From assembly GCF_964355755.1 (NCBI RefSeq), contig NC_092676.1, forward strand, positions 4,627,888 to 4,691,887: DNA of 64,000 bases, given 5' to 3'. Below, piece after piece: positions 36,442-48,500 of this stretch. The DNA is from Antedon mediterranea. Lineage: Eukaryota > Animalia > Echinodermata. The notes under the pieces are model-generated. The model was not told where the DNA came from and made no database searches. It saw only the letters and a list, made by a program, of their open reading frames with translations. The translations under genes were made by a program, and so were the position numbers. Positions within the stretch are counted from its first letter, which is position 1. Every line of letters begins with the position of its first letter.

Positions 36442-39400
36442 TCATTCAAATTCAAATGATAAATCTGTGTTCTTCATCTTTTCTCTGTACATCTTATCAA
36501 ACATTGCGTTCTGATTTATGGTGAAATAATTCTTCCAATCGCCAACAACGCCTAAGTAATGAAAAATATTATATTTTTTATAAAATGTTGAAGCTACTGT
36601 CGGCCGGACAATTGTCGGTTGGCCGATTGTCTTTCGATGTGTTTTCGACGAAATGTGCTGTCGACGGAATGTCCTGTCGGCGGAATGTCCTGTCGGCAGA
36701 ATGTGCTGTCGGCGGAATGTGCTGTCGGGAAAATGTCCTATCGGCAAAATGACCAGTCGGCGAAAAGTCCGGACGCCTGAATGTCAACGAATAGTCTGTT
36801 GACCAGTAGTCTGTCGCCGAAGTGGCGTTCAGCAAAACGTCCCGTTACCGTGTACTGTGTGTTTGTAATATTGTAAACATTTTTGAAGAAATAAAAAAGT
36901 GTGAAGAACCATAAAAAAACAAATAGAACCTGAAAAAAATTACCTTTCCTCATAAAGGCTGATATCGCATGATCTACATGTACGCCGTCGGAAAAGTTTA
37001 CCTTAGGATTGTTTTTCATAGACCCAAACGAACAGTGCTGTACAACGTCCTGAATTCTTCCATCAGGAATTTTCCACTCAAAAAACTCAGCCACTCTTTC
37101 GATTACACTTTTGAGATCCTGTGAAAATAGTCAATAGTGAAATAGACCCTTTTATATAACACCTAAATTAATTCCTGTCATTTGATTGGACGAATGTGGG
37201 TCACATGGCGTACAATAGTAGTTAGTACTATTAATTACTCCCTCCAGTAATGGATTGATCTATTTATTAGAGAAATACCTTCCCATTGTATTGGATTAAA
37301 ACGAGTGTATCTAATGATTGCGTTTGAACATAAAAAAAACATACTGTAGGCCTATTGGATACAACTGTTGGTTGGAGCAACATGATGCTGAGCTCCGGAG
37401 ATAACAGTGTGTATCTGTGTCTGCGACACGTCAGTGCCACGCCCTTTTAACAGACACCGCGCGACGCGATGATTATGTACATAGTACAGTACTGGTGGTA
37501 TTTGTCGCAGCCAGACATGAGATCAAAGGACGAGTTCCTATCTTGGCAATGCGAGCTCAGTTTCCTGTTGTTAGATTGCCTTGGTTGGAGAAAGGAGTTC
37601 CAGTTACATTATAATATCAAAGAACCTGATAATATACTGATAAAAGATAGGCCTATAATTATATCATTACCTTTTTCATATCTTCGTATTTTACGAATAG
37701 AATGTTTTCTTCATTTCGTCGTTTCCACCAGTATATATTCATTTCAAACCACGAACCATACGCCACTATTTAAACAAATATACAGAATTAACATAGAAAT
37801 AAGAATATTATTACATAAGGTCTTTTCTATTGGCGGCCAGCGTTGCGTCTCTAACGCGTGGTTCCCACTCGCGACGCAACGCAAGGACGTAACGCAACGC
37901 AAGTGAATTGACCAATCACAAGCGATGGCTTATTCGCTTGTGATTGCTAACTGTATATAACTTCACTTGTCATTGGTTAAAACGCTTGCGTTGCGTTTAC
38001 GTCCTTGCGTTACGTTCTAGTGGGAACCAAGCTTAAAGCTTGTGTCGCTAGTGGGATCCACGCTTAAGTGGGAACCAAGCTACGTTGCGCTTACGTCCTT
38101 GTGTTGTGTCTCTGGTGTGGGAAGAACCAACCATTATAAATACTAGAAATTCTTATCTATCAGGGTTGTCATACAATGCTCATGTTCGTTACCCAGGTAG
38201 AGACAATAACACGTTACATCTCCGTGTGGTTAAACGCTCGGTCATGGTTAAGCCTGGGTTTCAGAGAGTTACTGCTGGGAATAAATATTAAAGCTACGTT
38301 CACACTGGGCCCGAATTGGAAAAAATTCATAAAACGTTGTGGTGTGAAGTGATATTTTTTTTTAATAGACATGGGTTCACGCTTACGCATTCCGGATAGT
38401 AATAAAATGATAGGGACAAAAATCGGAGCCCCGGAGTTTTCTCCTTCCGCCAGACGAAATTTCGACTCAGCGTGAAAATTGCCTACCGTCATCTGCGCAG
38501 AACGCATCAAAGAAATCGTCCCAATGATCAAAACTTCTCAGATATGAATTGGATCGATGAAAGTGATACAGAGAGACCGCGTTGTCTTTAGGGTTTCTCC
38601 CGACATATACAATCTATAAATAAAACATGAAATGTCGTTTATATTTCTGTGATGGTTCTAGTTCTCTCCATAAAGTGTGGTTCCCACTGGTAACGTAACG
38701 TAAACGACCGACGCAACGTAAGAAAATGCCCTTCCCGTGTTTGCCCCAACCTGCGTGAAATCAAACCTGCGATGTTGCGTCGTCGGTTGCGTCAATACGT
38801 CATTGCGTTGCGTCCTAGTGGGGAACCACGCTTTATCATTATTATCATTAGCTGCTCAAAAACTCCCTCCAGAGAGACCAGAGATCACGTTTGGGTGGTC
38901 CCAACTAAACATTTTATTGACATTAAATCAGACGAATGCTGCAGTTTTTGAAATACACACAAAAGGACAGCCAACATAACTCGGGATTACATTTACTCTC
39001 ACACTTCTTCGGCGGGAAAGACATGAATTAAACTATCGAATTTTGTATACAATTAGGCCTACCTTTGGTTTCTTTACACTGAGTTGTTTAGCCATATGTT
39101 GATGCGGTAGATGGGTTTTAAGTAGCCTACGTGACTCTCTTTCTCTGGCTATGTCGGTCGGTAAATTTAAATAATTTGGTCTATTTAGATCAAGAAAAGT
39201 AAACCTGCGTAAGATGCTAACTTCGTCTGCCTTTTGGAAATCACAACCATGAAAAAGAACTGATACTATCTCCTGCATCCACGTAGTTCCTGGAATTAGA
39301 TTTATGTCAATGATATCTGTGTTGTATCTATATCATACTACCATATTTGGGCATATCACTACCATATCTGTCAACTAGTTTGACAATGTAGACAGAATTT

Positions 39401-39551
39401 TGCCTATAAAGTATGAGCTTATAAACTTACCAGCTTTAGGGTATGTGATTACCCAAATGTCATCATTACGAACCTCAAAAGTTTCCATAGCTGTAAGGAT
39501 TTCATCTGATATTACCCAGGGGTAGCGAACACCGTCGACAATTCTGTCCAT
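36442..39551 (-). CDS. Cytosolic sulfotransferase (SULT1-like), copy 4; exons 39551-39431, 39289-39063, 38613-38487, 37765-37671, 37118-36944, 36551-36442
   Basis: Intact duplicate of copy 3. Differences seen: K->M in the last exon and two synonymous changes. Confidence 0.92.
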
Positions 39552-40834
39552 TTCAGTAGTAAGCCTAGTTAACTGCAATCATTCGGGTTGTTATTGTACA
39601 AGTCCTACCGTACTATAGGTCTACTGTAAGACAAACCGTATATATTATATAGGGATCAAACGTTCAGTATTGTTATTAGTACTGTAGCGGATAATTAATC
39701 TCCAAGTACAATACAATATTAACCTTCAACGTATTTCACTTGGTTTGTAGGCCTAATGTGTTCTTCAAATTCGCTCAAGATGATAAAAGTATATGATTGA
39801 GACCTCTGTCAATACACTACCAGGCAAAACTTACAATATAAATTTATTTATTTGTGTTCCTATTCTAATTATGACCTTTCTTCGGTATTATTATTATTAG
39901 TAGTAAATAATTATTCTTCAAGTACAATACAATATTAACATTCCTTCTGTTTTTAAAGGATAGCTCCAGGTTTAGAATTTCTACGATTTTAAAATATAAA
40001 ATGTAAACCTCCCATCAGACATGGATATATTGTGTCACCATGGTATTCCGAAATAAAAAGATTAATGAAATGAAAATGAATTGCTGGAAGATTTGATACA
40101 GACGATATAAGTCCACCGCTCGTGTATTATGTATTTTATGGCTTCTTTACTTTTTTATAAACGCTTAGAAACATTTTTATTAGGCGTCTATAAAAAACAT
40201 AATCTGATAATTGATATGTGCAAGAAGTTAGAAGAAGTTAAAATAGACAGAGGGCGCTATATGAGGATAGAGCGAGTTGCAGGCCCAAAAAAAGAAGGCC
40301 TAAGCAGTAGATTTAAAGTTATAATAAAAACGCCATAAACTAATAATATTTATCAAAACTTTTACTCAACTAATTAATCAAGGTCTAACCGCTCGCTAAC
40401 CCTAGTGGGGCTAGTACTAGTAGGCCTAGTACTAGTTAGCCTAGCTGGCCTAGTCCTAGCCTAGCTAGGCCTAGCCTAGTTAATGATAAATTGATACGAA
40501 CGTAGTAGGCACAGCTCAGTAGCGTTGCCTTATTAATTAAGTTTTCTGGTCAATTCGTACCCATGCAAAATTCCTCATTACCCTGTCTGCTAAAAGTTAT
40601 AGTTTTGTAGTAACATGTAATTAATAATAATGCCATAGCCAGTAAGTAGGTGCTGTTAAATACATCTATTAAATTTAATTTTTAAAGGAAATCCTTTTGT
40701 TGCGGAATTTCAAATATACAATTCACTAAACACTACAGAACAGTACAAATTAGTCTGTACCATTAGTCTCTCCCCTACCATAATAAATTATAATACAAAC
40801 AAATTACATTTTTTTCAGGCAAAACTGATTAATT

Positions 40835-43800
40835 ATGCCTCATCTTTTACAAGTTAGCAGCCATGGTAGAGGGAATTCAAAAGTCAACTTCGCTACTGAA
40901 ATACAAGCTATGATGTATATATTACTATATTAGTTTACATTGTTGTTATATTTGGTGTTACACACAAAGGATAGCCCACTCAATTTGTAGATTTCAGTCC
41001 GGTGGGTCCTTCTGTTGGTGAAATGGCCAGTATACCAGGAGACAATCCCCTACTTTTTTTTTTAAGAGCGTACTGCATTCTTTAACGTGCACGTGAGCCA
41101 TGTTGCACACAGGATCAACGGCTTAAGTCTCATTTGAAAGATGGTGGCTATATATATTATTCCCATCCGCAAGTTAGAACACATGAATAGTGGCGTTGGG
41201 ATTAGAAATTTGGAACAAATAAGTTCATTCATTTATACTCATAAACATTCATTTTGTATAATATTTCATTACCATACGGTTAAACTCAACAAGTTACCAA
41301 TGCATGATTCTCTTGCAGGTATGCCCTTGGAGATTGCCGAAGACCTCTTAAAGAATCGGCACAATTAGTTGAAACAGCTGTTCATCAGAAAATGTTATCA
41401 GTTGTAAGTAGAGTCAGTGATAAATCTAGAGGTGATGCATCTATTAAGAGGACACTTTATTTTGAAATGTGGGGTAATATATGTTTTAACATCACAGCCA
41501 ACCTCTATCAAGGAGACATGTCTTATAAGGGCACACTTTCCTGTGTAATGTGGTGCAATATATGTTTTAACACTACAGCCAACCTCTATAAAGGAGACAT
41601 GTCTATTAAGGGAACACTTTCCCATGAACACTACGGCCAACCCTGTTAAGGGACACTTTGTTGGGTCCCAAGGTGTCCCCATAATAAGGGCTTTACTGTA
41701 TAATCAAATTGTTATCAACTATATTTAATTCTGAAATGTTTAATTATCTTTATAGCTTACATTGTGTATGCAAGCATTTATTTGTTAAAATTTCGGCAAA
41801 CAGCCCAAGAGAAAACCTTGGACCAATTTTATTTATTTATTTCAACAATATTTTACGAGGGTGGTCCATCCAGCCGAAGTTAATCATTAGGGACCCCCAC
41901 AAAAATGCAACAAAAGTGTGAAATTGTATTTTTATTTATACGTACAACATTATTATTTATACGTTCTTGGTTTTTTAAATCAAATTTTCGTTTTAAGTGA
42001 AGGTAAAAATTAACGTTAATTTTTACCTTCACTAAAAACGAAAAATTTGATTTAAAAAATAGGAGATAAATTTTTTCAATTTTTACGTTCTTTGTTGTTT
42101 TATTATTACAGCTAAATAAAGCCGCTCAAATTTGTATATCTCGAGGAGGGCGTTTTATCGGAATTGAAGATTTTTTGTATCTAATGAGACTGGATCGTGT
42201 GAGGCTAAAAAGACTTTTACGCTTCTTAAGTTTTAAGGACAACAAGATTTTGAAAACACTATCAGATGAAGAGGATCCGGAAACAGGTACTGTATCTATA
42301 GCAGCGCAAAACGCAAAATGCGCCCTATTGTGGCCATGTTTCTACCCAATATATTTTCCACACCAGTTTAAATGTTCTCCCTTCGATCATGTGTCCACCG
42401 TTATACCTGCACGAAGCGATTATGTGCGTAATACTGCCGCAAGTATATTTTAAGTTGCAATATAGTTCAATAAAGCCCTGTCTTCACTGTCACATTGTGA
42501 TATGCCCATATATGGACATGATGATGTCATATCACTACCATATTAAGGCACATCACAATTGGTTGTCACATAAAGTTTGATAGTGTAGAAAGAGCTTTAT
42601 TGAATTGTATTGCCACTTAAGCCTTGTAATATCATGTCCATATTTGGGCATATCACCACCATATTTGTGCACATCACACTTTTTTTGATAGTGTAGACAG
42701 AGCTTAAGATCCTTTTGCAAATTCGTGTTTGTAAGATTCTTAATATCAATTTTAAAATTTTCATTAAAAACAAACATCTGAACATATTTCTGCTTTAAAA
42801 TTTTATAAGTTATACCATTATACATATAATAAAAATATTAATTGAATTTTGTCTCAGCTTTTGGCGTTGATCTCAAACCAAGTAACACTTCAAAGCGGCA
42901 AAGGATAGCGTATGAATTTCTTAGTATGATTGACCAAACAGGAGAGTTTGTTAGTTTATTCGAGGACGAGGGCGGTGTAGATCAAGTTAAACAGGAACGA
43001 TTAGAACGAATCGAGGATATGACAAAGAACATGGATTCATCAACATACCAAGATTTTTCTGAGTCTCGTCAAGTTAATTTTTGTAAGTATCTGTACTGAT
43101 AATTAAGCTCTGTCTACACTATCAAACTTTATGTGGCAACAAAATGTGATGTGTCCATATATGGACATGATGATATGTAGAATATTAATTATGTTCAGTA
43201 CTCCTAGGGTAGGAGACCGAGATCACAACTGTTTAGACCGAACCTTGGTTAGCGACGAGGGCGTATACCCACACTTTAGGTTTAGCTATTTTTCTCGGTT
43301 TTTTTGTACGCTTATAAATAGGATATTATTATTACCATATTGTATAAAGTTTTTCCATGTTTCGATACCTTTCGGTTAATGTTTTTTTTCATTGACGCTA
43401 TTCTTTAGAAATAAGGTTCGACGCACGTAGCTTAAGTTTTTCGTTTTGTTTACAAATTGAACGGAGCTTACATGTTGCATGTTGGGAAATGCAACTAACT
43501 CCCTATTACCTGGATAAACCGCTGCAGACCTGGTTAAAGCGTTTCTAGCTATCATAAAATCTTTTTCTTTACAGATAAAAAAATTGTAAAATTTAAAGAA
43601 TGGGTTGTTTACAGTGAGTTGGAACCAAAACCAAACTCATCCGCCATTGAAGTACTTGCCTATTTAGCTTATGAAACTGTGGCAGAGGTTGGTAAATTCT
43701 GTATACAAAAGAATCCTCCATTAACGACACTTTTCTGCAAAACAAACGAGATGATATATTTGTTTTTAAGCTACCGCCAACCCTTAATAAGTAGACACAC

Positions 43801-44769
43801 ATATTATGGGGACACTGATAGACTTAATAGAGGTTCTTGTATTACTTGTTTTTTTTTTGTAATCACTATGCATTTCTGCTCAAGTTTTGTGTAAATAAAG
43901 TAGTTCCTTATTCCAATGATTTTTTAAAACAAATATTATTTATGCAGGCACTAAAAATCAAACATCAAACATTCTAATTAATAATTTCTTTTTTTTCAGA
44001 TCGTAGATTTATCATTGTACGTAAGACGTGATATGAATTCGGCTTTCCTCGGACCAACTGACAAACTGAGTGCACCGAAATTTGTAAATAGTGGCGTTTA
44101 TACTGGACAGTTATTAAATATCAAAACGAACTTGAAAAAGACCGACCACAGCACTCCCCCAATATCGCCTTCGACTAGTTTGGTCTCTCCTAGCATTACA
44201 TCATCAAACAATTTTTCAACATTTCCCACTATCCAATCACAAACAGAGTTTACGCAGCCGTCAGATGTGAAGGCGGTATCTACGATTGGCAAGACAAAGG
44301 CTAAAAAGCGAAAAAAGGTAAGACATACTCTATCACCTACTGAGATTGAAACGCCTGTTTTTCAGTCGATGTTGAGTTGAAAACTGAAATTCAAATGAAT
44401 TGTCAGCGTGGTGATGTAATTTGTGAACCATTTGATTGGTCAGTTTTAACGATCGTAAAGTTGATGGTTGCTAATGTTTTTTACCCTTTTCCTGTAAAAT
44501 CGTAATTCAACGCAACTCGCCGCAACGCAATGTCGACTGGAAAACAGGCTTCACCAACTAATTAGAAATAGGTAATATTGAATAATTAAATACCAGAGTT
44601 ATTACATTTGAAGATTTGCGATATTGAATTGATTAGAATATGGATTTTTATCTTACAGACAAGCGGTACATCGACTTACGACATTGCAGCAGCCAATGCG
44701 TTACAGCCACGTCATGTCCGAGAAGCTATCAGAAGATTTTGCAACGGATCTGCACAATTCGGCTTATGA
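40835..44769 (+). CDS. SUPT3H: Transcription initiation protein SPT3 homolog (SAGA subunit); exons 40835-40914, 41319-41403, 42112-42286, 42858-43082, 43575-43687, 44000-44317, 44659-44769
   Basis: [51 protein letters not shown]...Y.DFSESRQVNF, EVLAYLAYETVAEIVDLSL and LQPRHVREAIRR match the SPT3 histone-fold motifs. Confidence 0.93.
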
Positions 44770-45434
44770 ATGTAATGCATACAGTATGATATGACATTGA
44801 CATTACATCTGTGGTAGATGCACAGAACCGTGAAGTTGTGAGGTTACCTTTGAGCCGTAGTTTGGTTCCCATTGCACGTTGTCCAATAGAGAACTGGACA
44901 TCAGAGCTCAGAGAGAGTTTGGCCTTCTTTACTCTCACCAAACAGCACTATCAGTGTAAACTTTCGAATAGTGCTGTATAATTTATACTCATTTTAGATA
45001 AATATTAAATAACTGATAACTGATATATATTAAAATTCTGTCTTATATTAGCTTTTAATACATGTTTCATTTGTCAGCTTATTCCATCAGAGACATTAAG
45101 TGGTGAGCCCTCTAAGTCTGTTATAACAGCATTTAATCACAGCATTCCTCTATTAAAATAAACAATAAAAGAGGATTTATTTTTGTGAGCTTGAAATATC
45201 TACTTTGTTGTTGAGTTACTGGCTAGGTTAAACTGAGTTGTGCTGCAAGCTAGCTTCGTTTAATTGTGATAAACAATAAATGTGTCATTCTAGGCCTATG
45301 TGTACAATTAATGTGTAAAAATAAATATTCAAAGTAAGCAGAAAGCTTTTGTGCATCAGTTTCTAATTATTGATGTATTTTATCATTTAAATTGTATATT
45401 ATCATCAATTATACACGGATGTAAGCTTTCAAAG

Positions 45435-45575
45435 TTTAAACCAATCCGAATTGACTACAAGTATAATACAATCTGATTGGTCGTCAACAGGAGTTACGCA
45501 ACCAATTTGCTCCCACTCCTCCGGAATCTTATGTTATATGAAGCGCCATCTTTCGTTTGGAAGTGAGAATACGGT
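45435..45575 (+). promoter_or_regulatory. Probable XPO4 proximal promoter (CCAAT boxes, YY1-like site)
   Basis: CCAAT at 45441 and 45502, ATTGG at 45476, and CGCCATCTT at about 45544, just upstream of ATG 45576. Confidence 0.5.
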
Positions 45576-48500
45576 ATGGCGAATTTCGTGCATGAATTGG
45601 AGCAGGCGGCACATATTATTTTGGTAAGAAATGGGGTAAAAACTAAATGAAAAATATAGTGTGTAGTTTATATGAATATAATAATGTAGAAAGAATAATT
45701 TTGAAAATTTCTGTGTTTGTTACTTCTTTATTTGTGGTTGTATTAGTAGCGATAATTCTAGGCTCCTAGTCCTAGGCTTGTCTCTGTTCTGTTGCCGGTC
45801 TGGATTCGAAAACGTGTCGGGGCGGGGGTTGATAATGCGTGCGAGGGCATGAGTTGATAGGCACTAACTGTACTGTAGGCCTAGGGCAGCAGGTGGGCGA
45901 ATTAAATGACGGATGTACACGTTGATTGGAACCTTCCGCTGTGCTATTGTATAGTGCCAAACTAGACGTTCTGAACATGATAAGATTGAGCCCAAATTCT
46001 CTCCTTAATTCCAAAAGTTAGTTGTGTGTGAATGATATATGTTATTGAATCAAACTTAAAACTAAAAATTAAAAATGTTCAGTTTAGTTTAGTTGCTCGA
46101 AAATTACAATAAAATAAGTGCTCTTTGTTAGTCTATTTTTTCAGTTGAGTTGCTTTTAGGGAGTTGTCAACTCCCTGCTTTTACATTGAATAATAATAAT
46201 ATATCTCTCAAGTTAAAAGGTAAACAAGTATATGTTTTTTTTTTAAATTTTACTATTAACATAGGCTCCCCCTCAAGCTGTGACGCATCAACAACGTCAA
46301 GCAGCTGAGGAGGTTATTCTTGCATTTCGAAAGTCCAACAACTCATTAAGTGTTTGCAGACATATATTTGGTAAGAATTAAATCTCTTTAAAATAAGGTT
46401 AAATTAGTATGAAAAACAGTTTCATATTGAATGCTGGAGATAAAAAGAAAACAAAATCTTTCTGTTCTTTTTCCTTCGCCACATAATAATATGTTAAAAA
46501 ATAAACAAAACCTAACTATTTATTACTTTTTTCAGAACATAGCAAACACGATTATGTATTATTCCAAGCCGCAACCACTATCAAAGATGTCGTGGTCAGA
46601 AACTGGAAAGAGCTGGACAAAAATGAAATTGAATCTGTTCGATCATTTTTACTTCATTTTGTAACGCAGAAGCAGAGGTGAGAATGTACAGTACTGACTC
46701 GGGATTAAGCCCACCCTCTTGGCTATAAGCCCACTCTCTTGAGTATAAGGCCACCTTCTTGGATATAAGCCTACCTTCTCAAGTATAAGTCCACCTTCAC
46801 GGAAATAAGCCCACGTTCAGATATAGACCCACTTTCGTGGGTATAAGCCCACCTTTTCAGGTATAACCCCATCTTTTCGGGTATAAGCCCACATTCTCGA
46901 GTATAAGCCCACCCACTCGGGTATAGGCCCCCTCTCAAGTCAAAACCTATTCGTTTTGAGATCTGCTGAGTGCAGGGTAAAACATAGTTTGATCACTAGG
47001 CCTAGCTGATGAAGACTATGTTTTGGAGGCCTACTTTAGGCTATGTTAGGGAGGCTAAACTAACTTGTAGTTAATTAGTAGTAGTTAATTGTAGTCAATT
47101 CCATAACAAAACATTTCTTATTTAGTTTACAGAGTTACGTGCGTGAACAAGTCCTACAAGCTGTTGCCATCATCTTCAAACGCGGAACGTTGGACGGGAA
47201 AAATCGACATCAACTTATGGAAGATGTTTCTCAAATGGTGGCGAGTGGCAATCCTCAAATGGTATAATTTTGTTGCTTCTCTATACCATGGTTTGACCTT
47301 TGATCTTTGACCTGGTGCTTGTAAGTTGTTATCACACTGGGCAAAGATAATATGTTAGAACAATTCTCCCAAAATGTTAGACTCTCTAAAACAATTCTCC
47401 CAAAAACTAACCATTCCAAATTAATACTAATATAATATATTGAAATTACAATTTGACTGCTAGATATTGTACAATGGGCTAGTGCTGAATGGAGTTATTA
47501 TATATTGTTCCCTGTAGTAATTGTAGAGCAGTGCCTACTGGTACAATCTCTGTTATAGACACTTTGGTGGACCCCAGAGGTGACCCCTTAATAGAGGTTC
47601 TATTGTGCTTATCATTGCAAAACTATTGAATAGTTTTGACCACATTTCTTTCCCTTCATTGTTTCTACAGCAAACCATAGCCTGTTCTGTATTATCAGCG
47701 TTGTTGAACGAGTTCTCTAGTTCTGCTCGGGCAAGTGACATGGGTCTTAACTGGGAGTTTCACACAACCTGCAAACGAAACTTTGAGGTATTAATGTTTT
47801 ATTTACTAAAGGAACAAAATTATTGTTTTAGATAAAGATTTTAAAAAATAATATTATTTTTAAAATGCCGTAAAAATAAGAACTTTAAGATCATTGTTCA
47901 TACATTAATAAAAAAAGCTATTATAAATTTAATCGTGTTTTCTACAAATGCAAATTTAATACAGATAATTTGTTTGTAAAAGTGAAAAACTATATATGTT
48001 ACATTAAAATGGCATATTCAACAAATAATTATTTTTTCAGGGGGAAAATATATCTTTAAAATCATTGTACTACAGTATTTAGTTTAAGAATATTGTTTAA
48101 TAAAAAAGTCTATTAATATTATTTATCATTTCAATTCAATTTTTTCTAAAGGTAAATGATTTAAAGCAGATTTTCATGCTTGCTGTACAACTTTTACATC
48201 AGCATAGTAACAGTCCAGAACTTCACAACCCACAAAGGAAGGCCGTGGTAAGTCGTTATCTCAATGTCTGTGAGCAAATACTCTGCTGGGACTTCAGTAA
48301 CATTCGTCATATCCTTTCAGTGACATGTTTAATGTCATTTATATGAGTTATGTTATTTATGTGTTACTACATTAGTAGAGTGTAGAAATAATAAAAAAAA
48401 CATGAAATGAATAAAGCTCTGGCTATACTATCAAACTAGTTTGACAAAAAAAGTGTGTTGTGCCCAAATAGGGTAGTGATATCATGTCCATATATCATGG

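Larger units (their letters stand above)
32144..39893. repeat. Tandem segmental duplication, copy B (~7.75 kb)
   Basis: Colinear with 24131-32143, differing by indels and transposon presence/absence. Confidence 0.93.

Noticed and set aside
43340-43400. Possible degenerate hammerhead on the minus strand (ACCGAAAGGT..CGAAACATG)
   Set aside because: The CUGANGA core is missing.
46978-47025. Hairpin containing CTGATGA
   Set aside because: No GAAA/UH core in the right geometry, so not a hammerhead.
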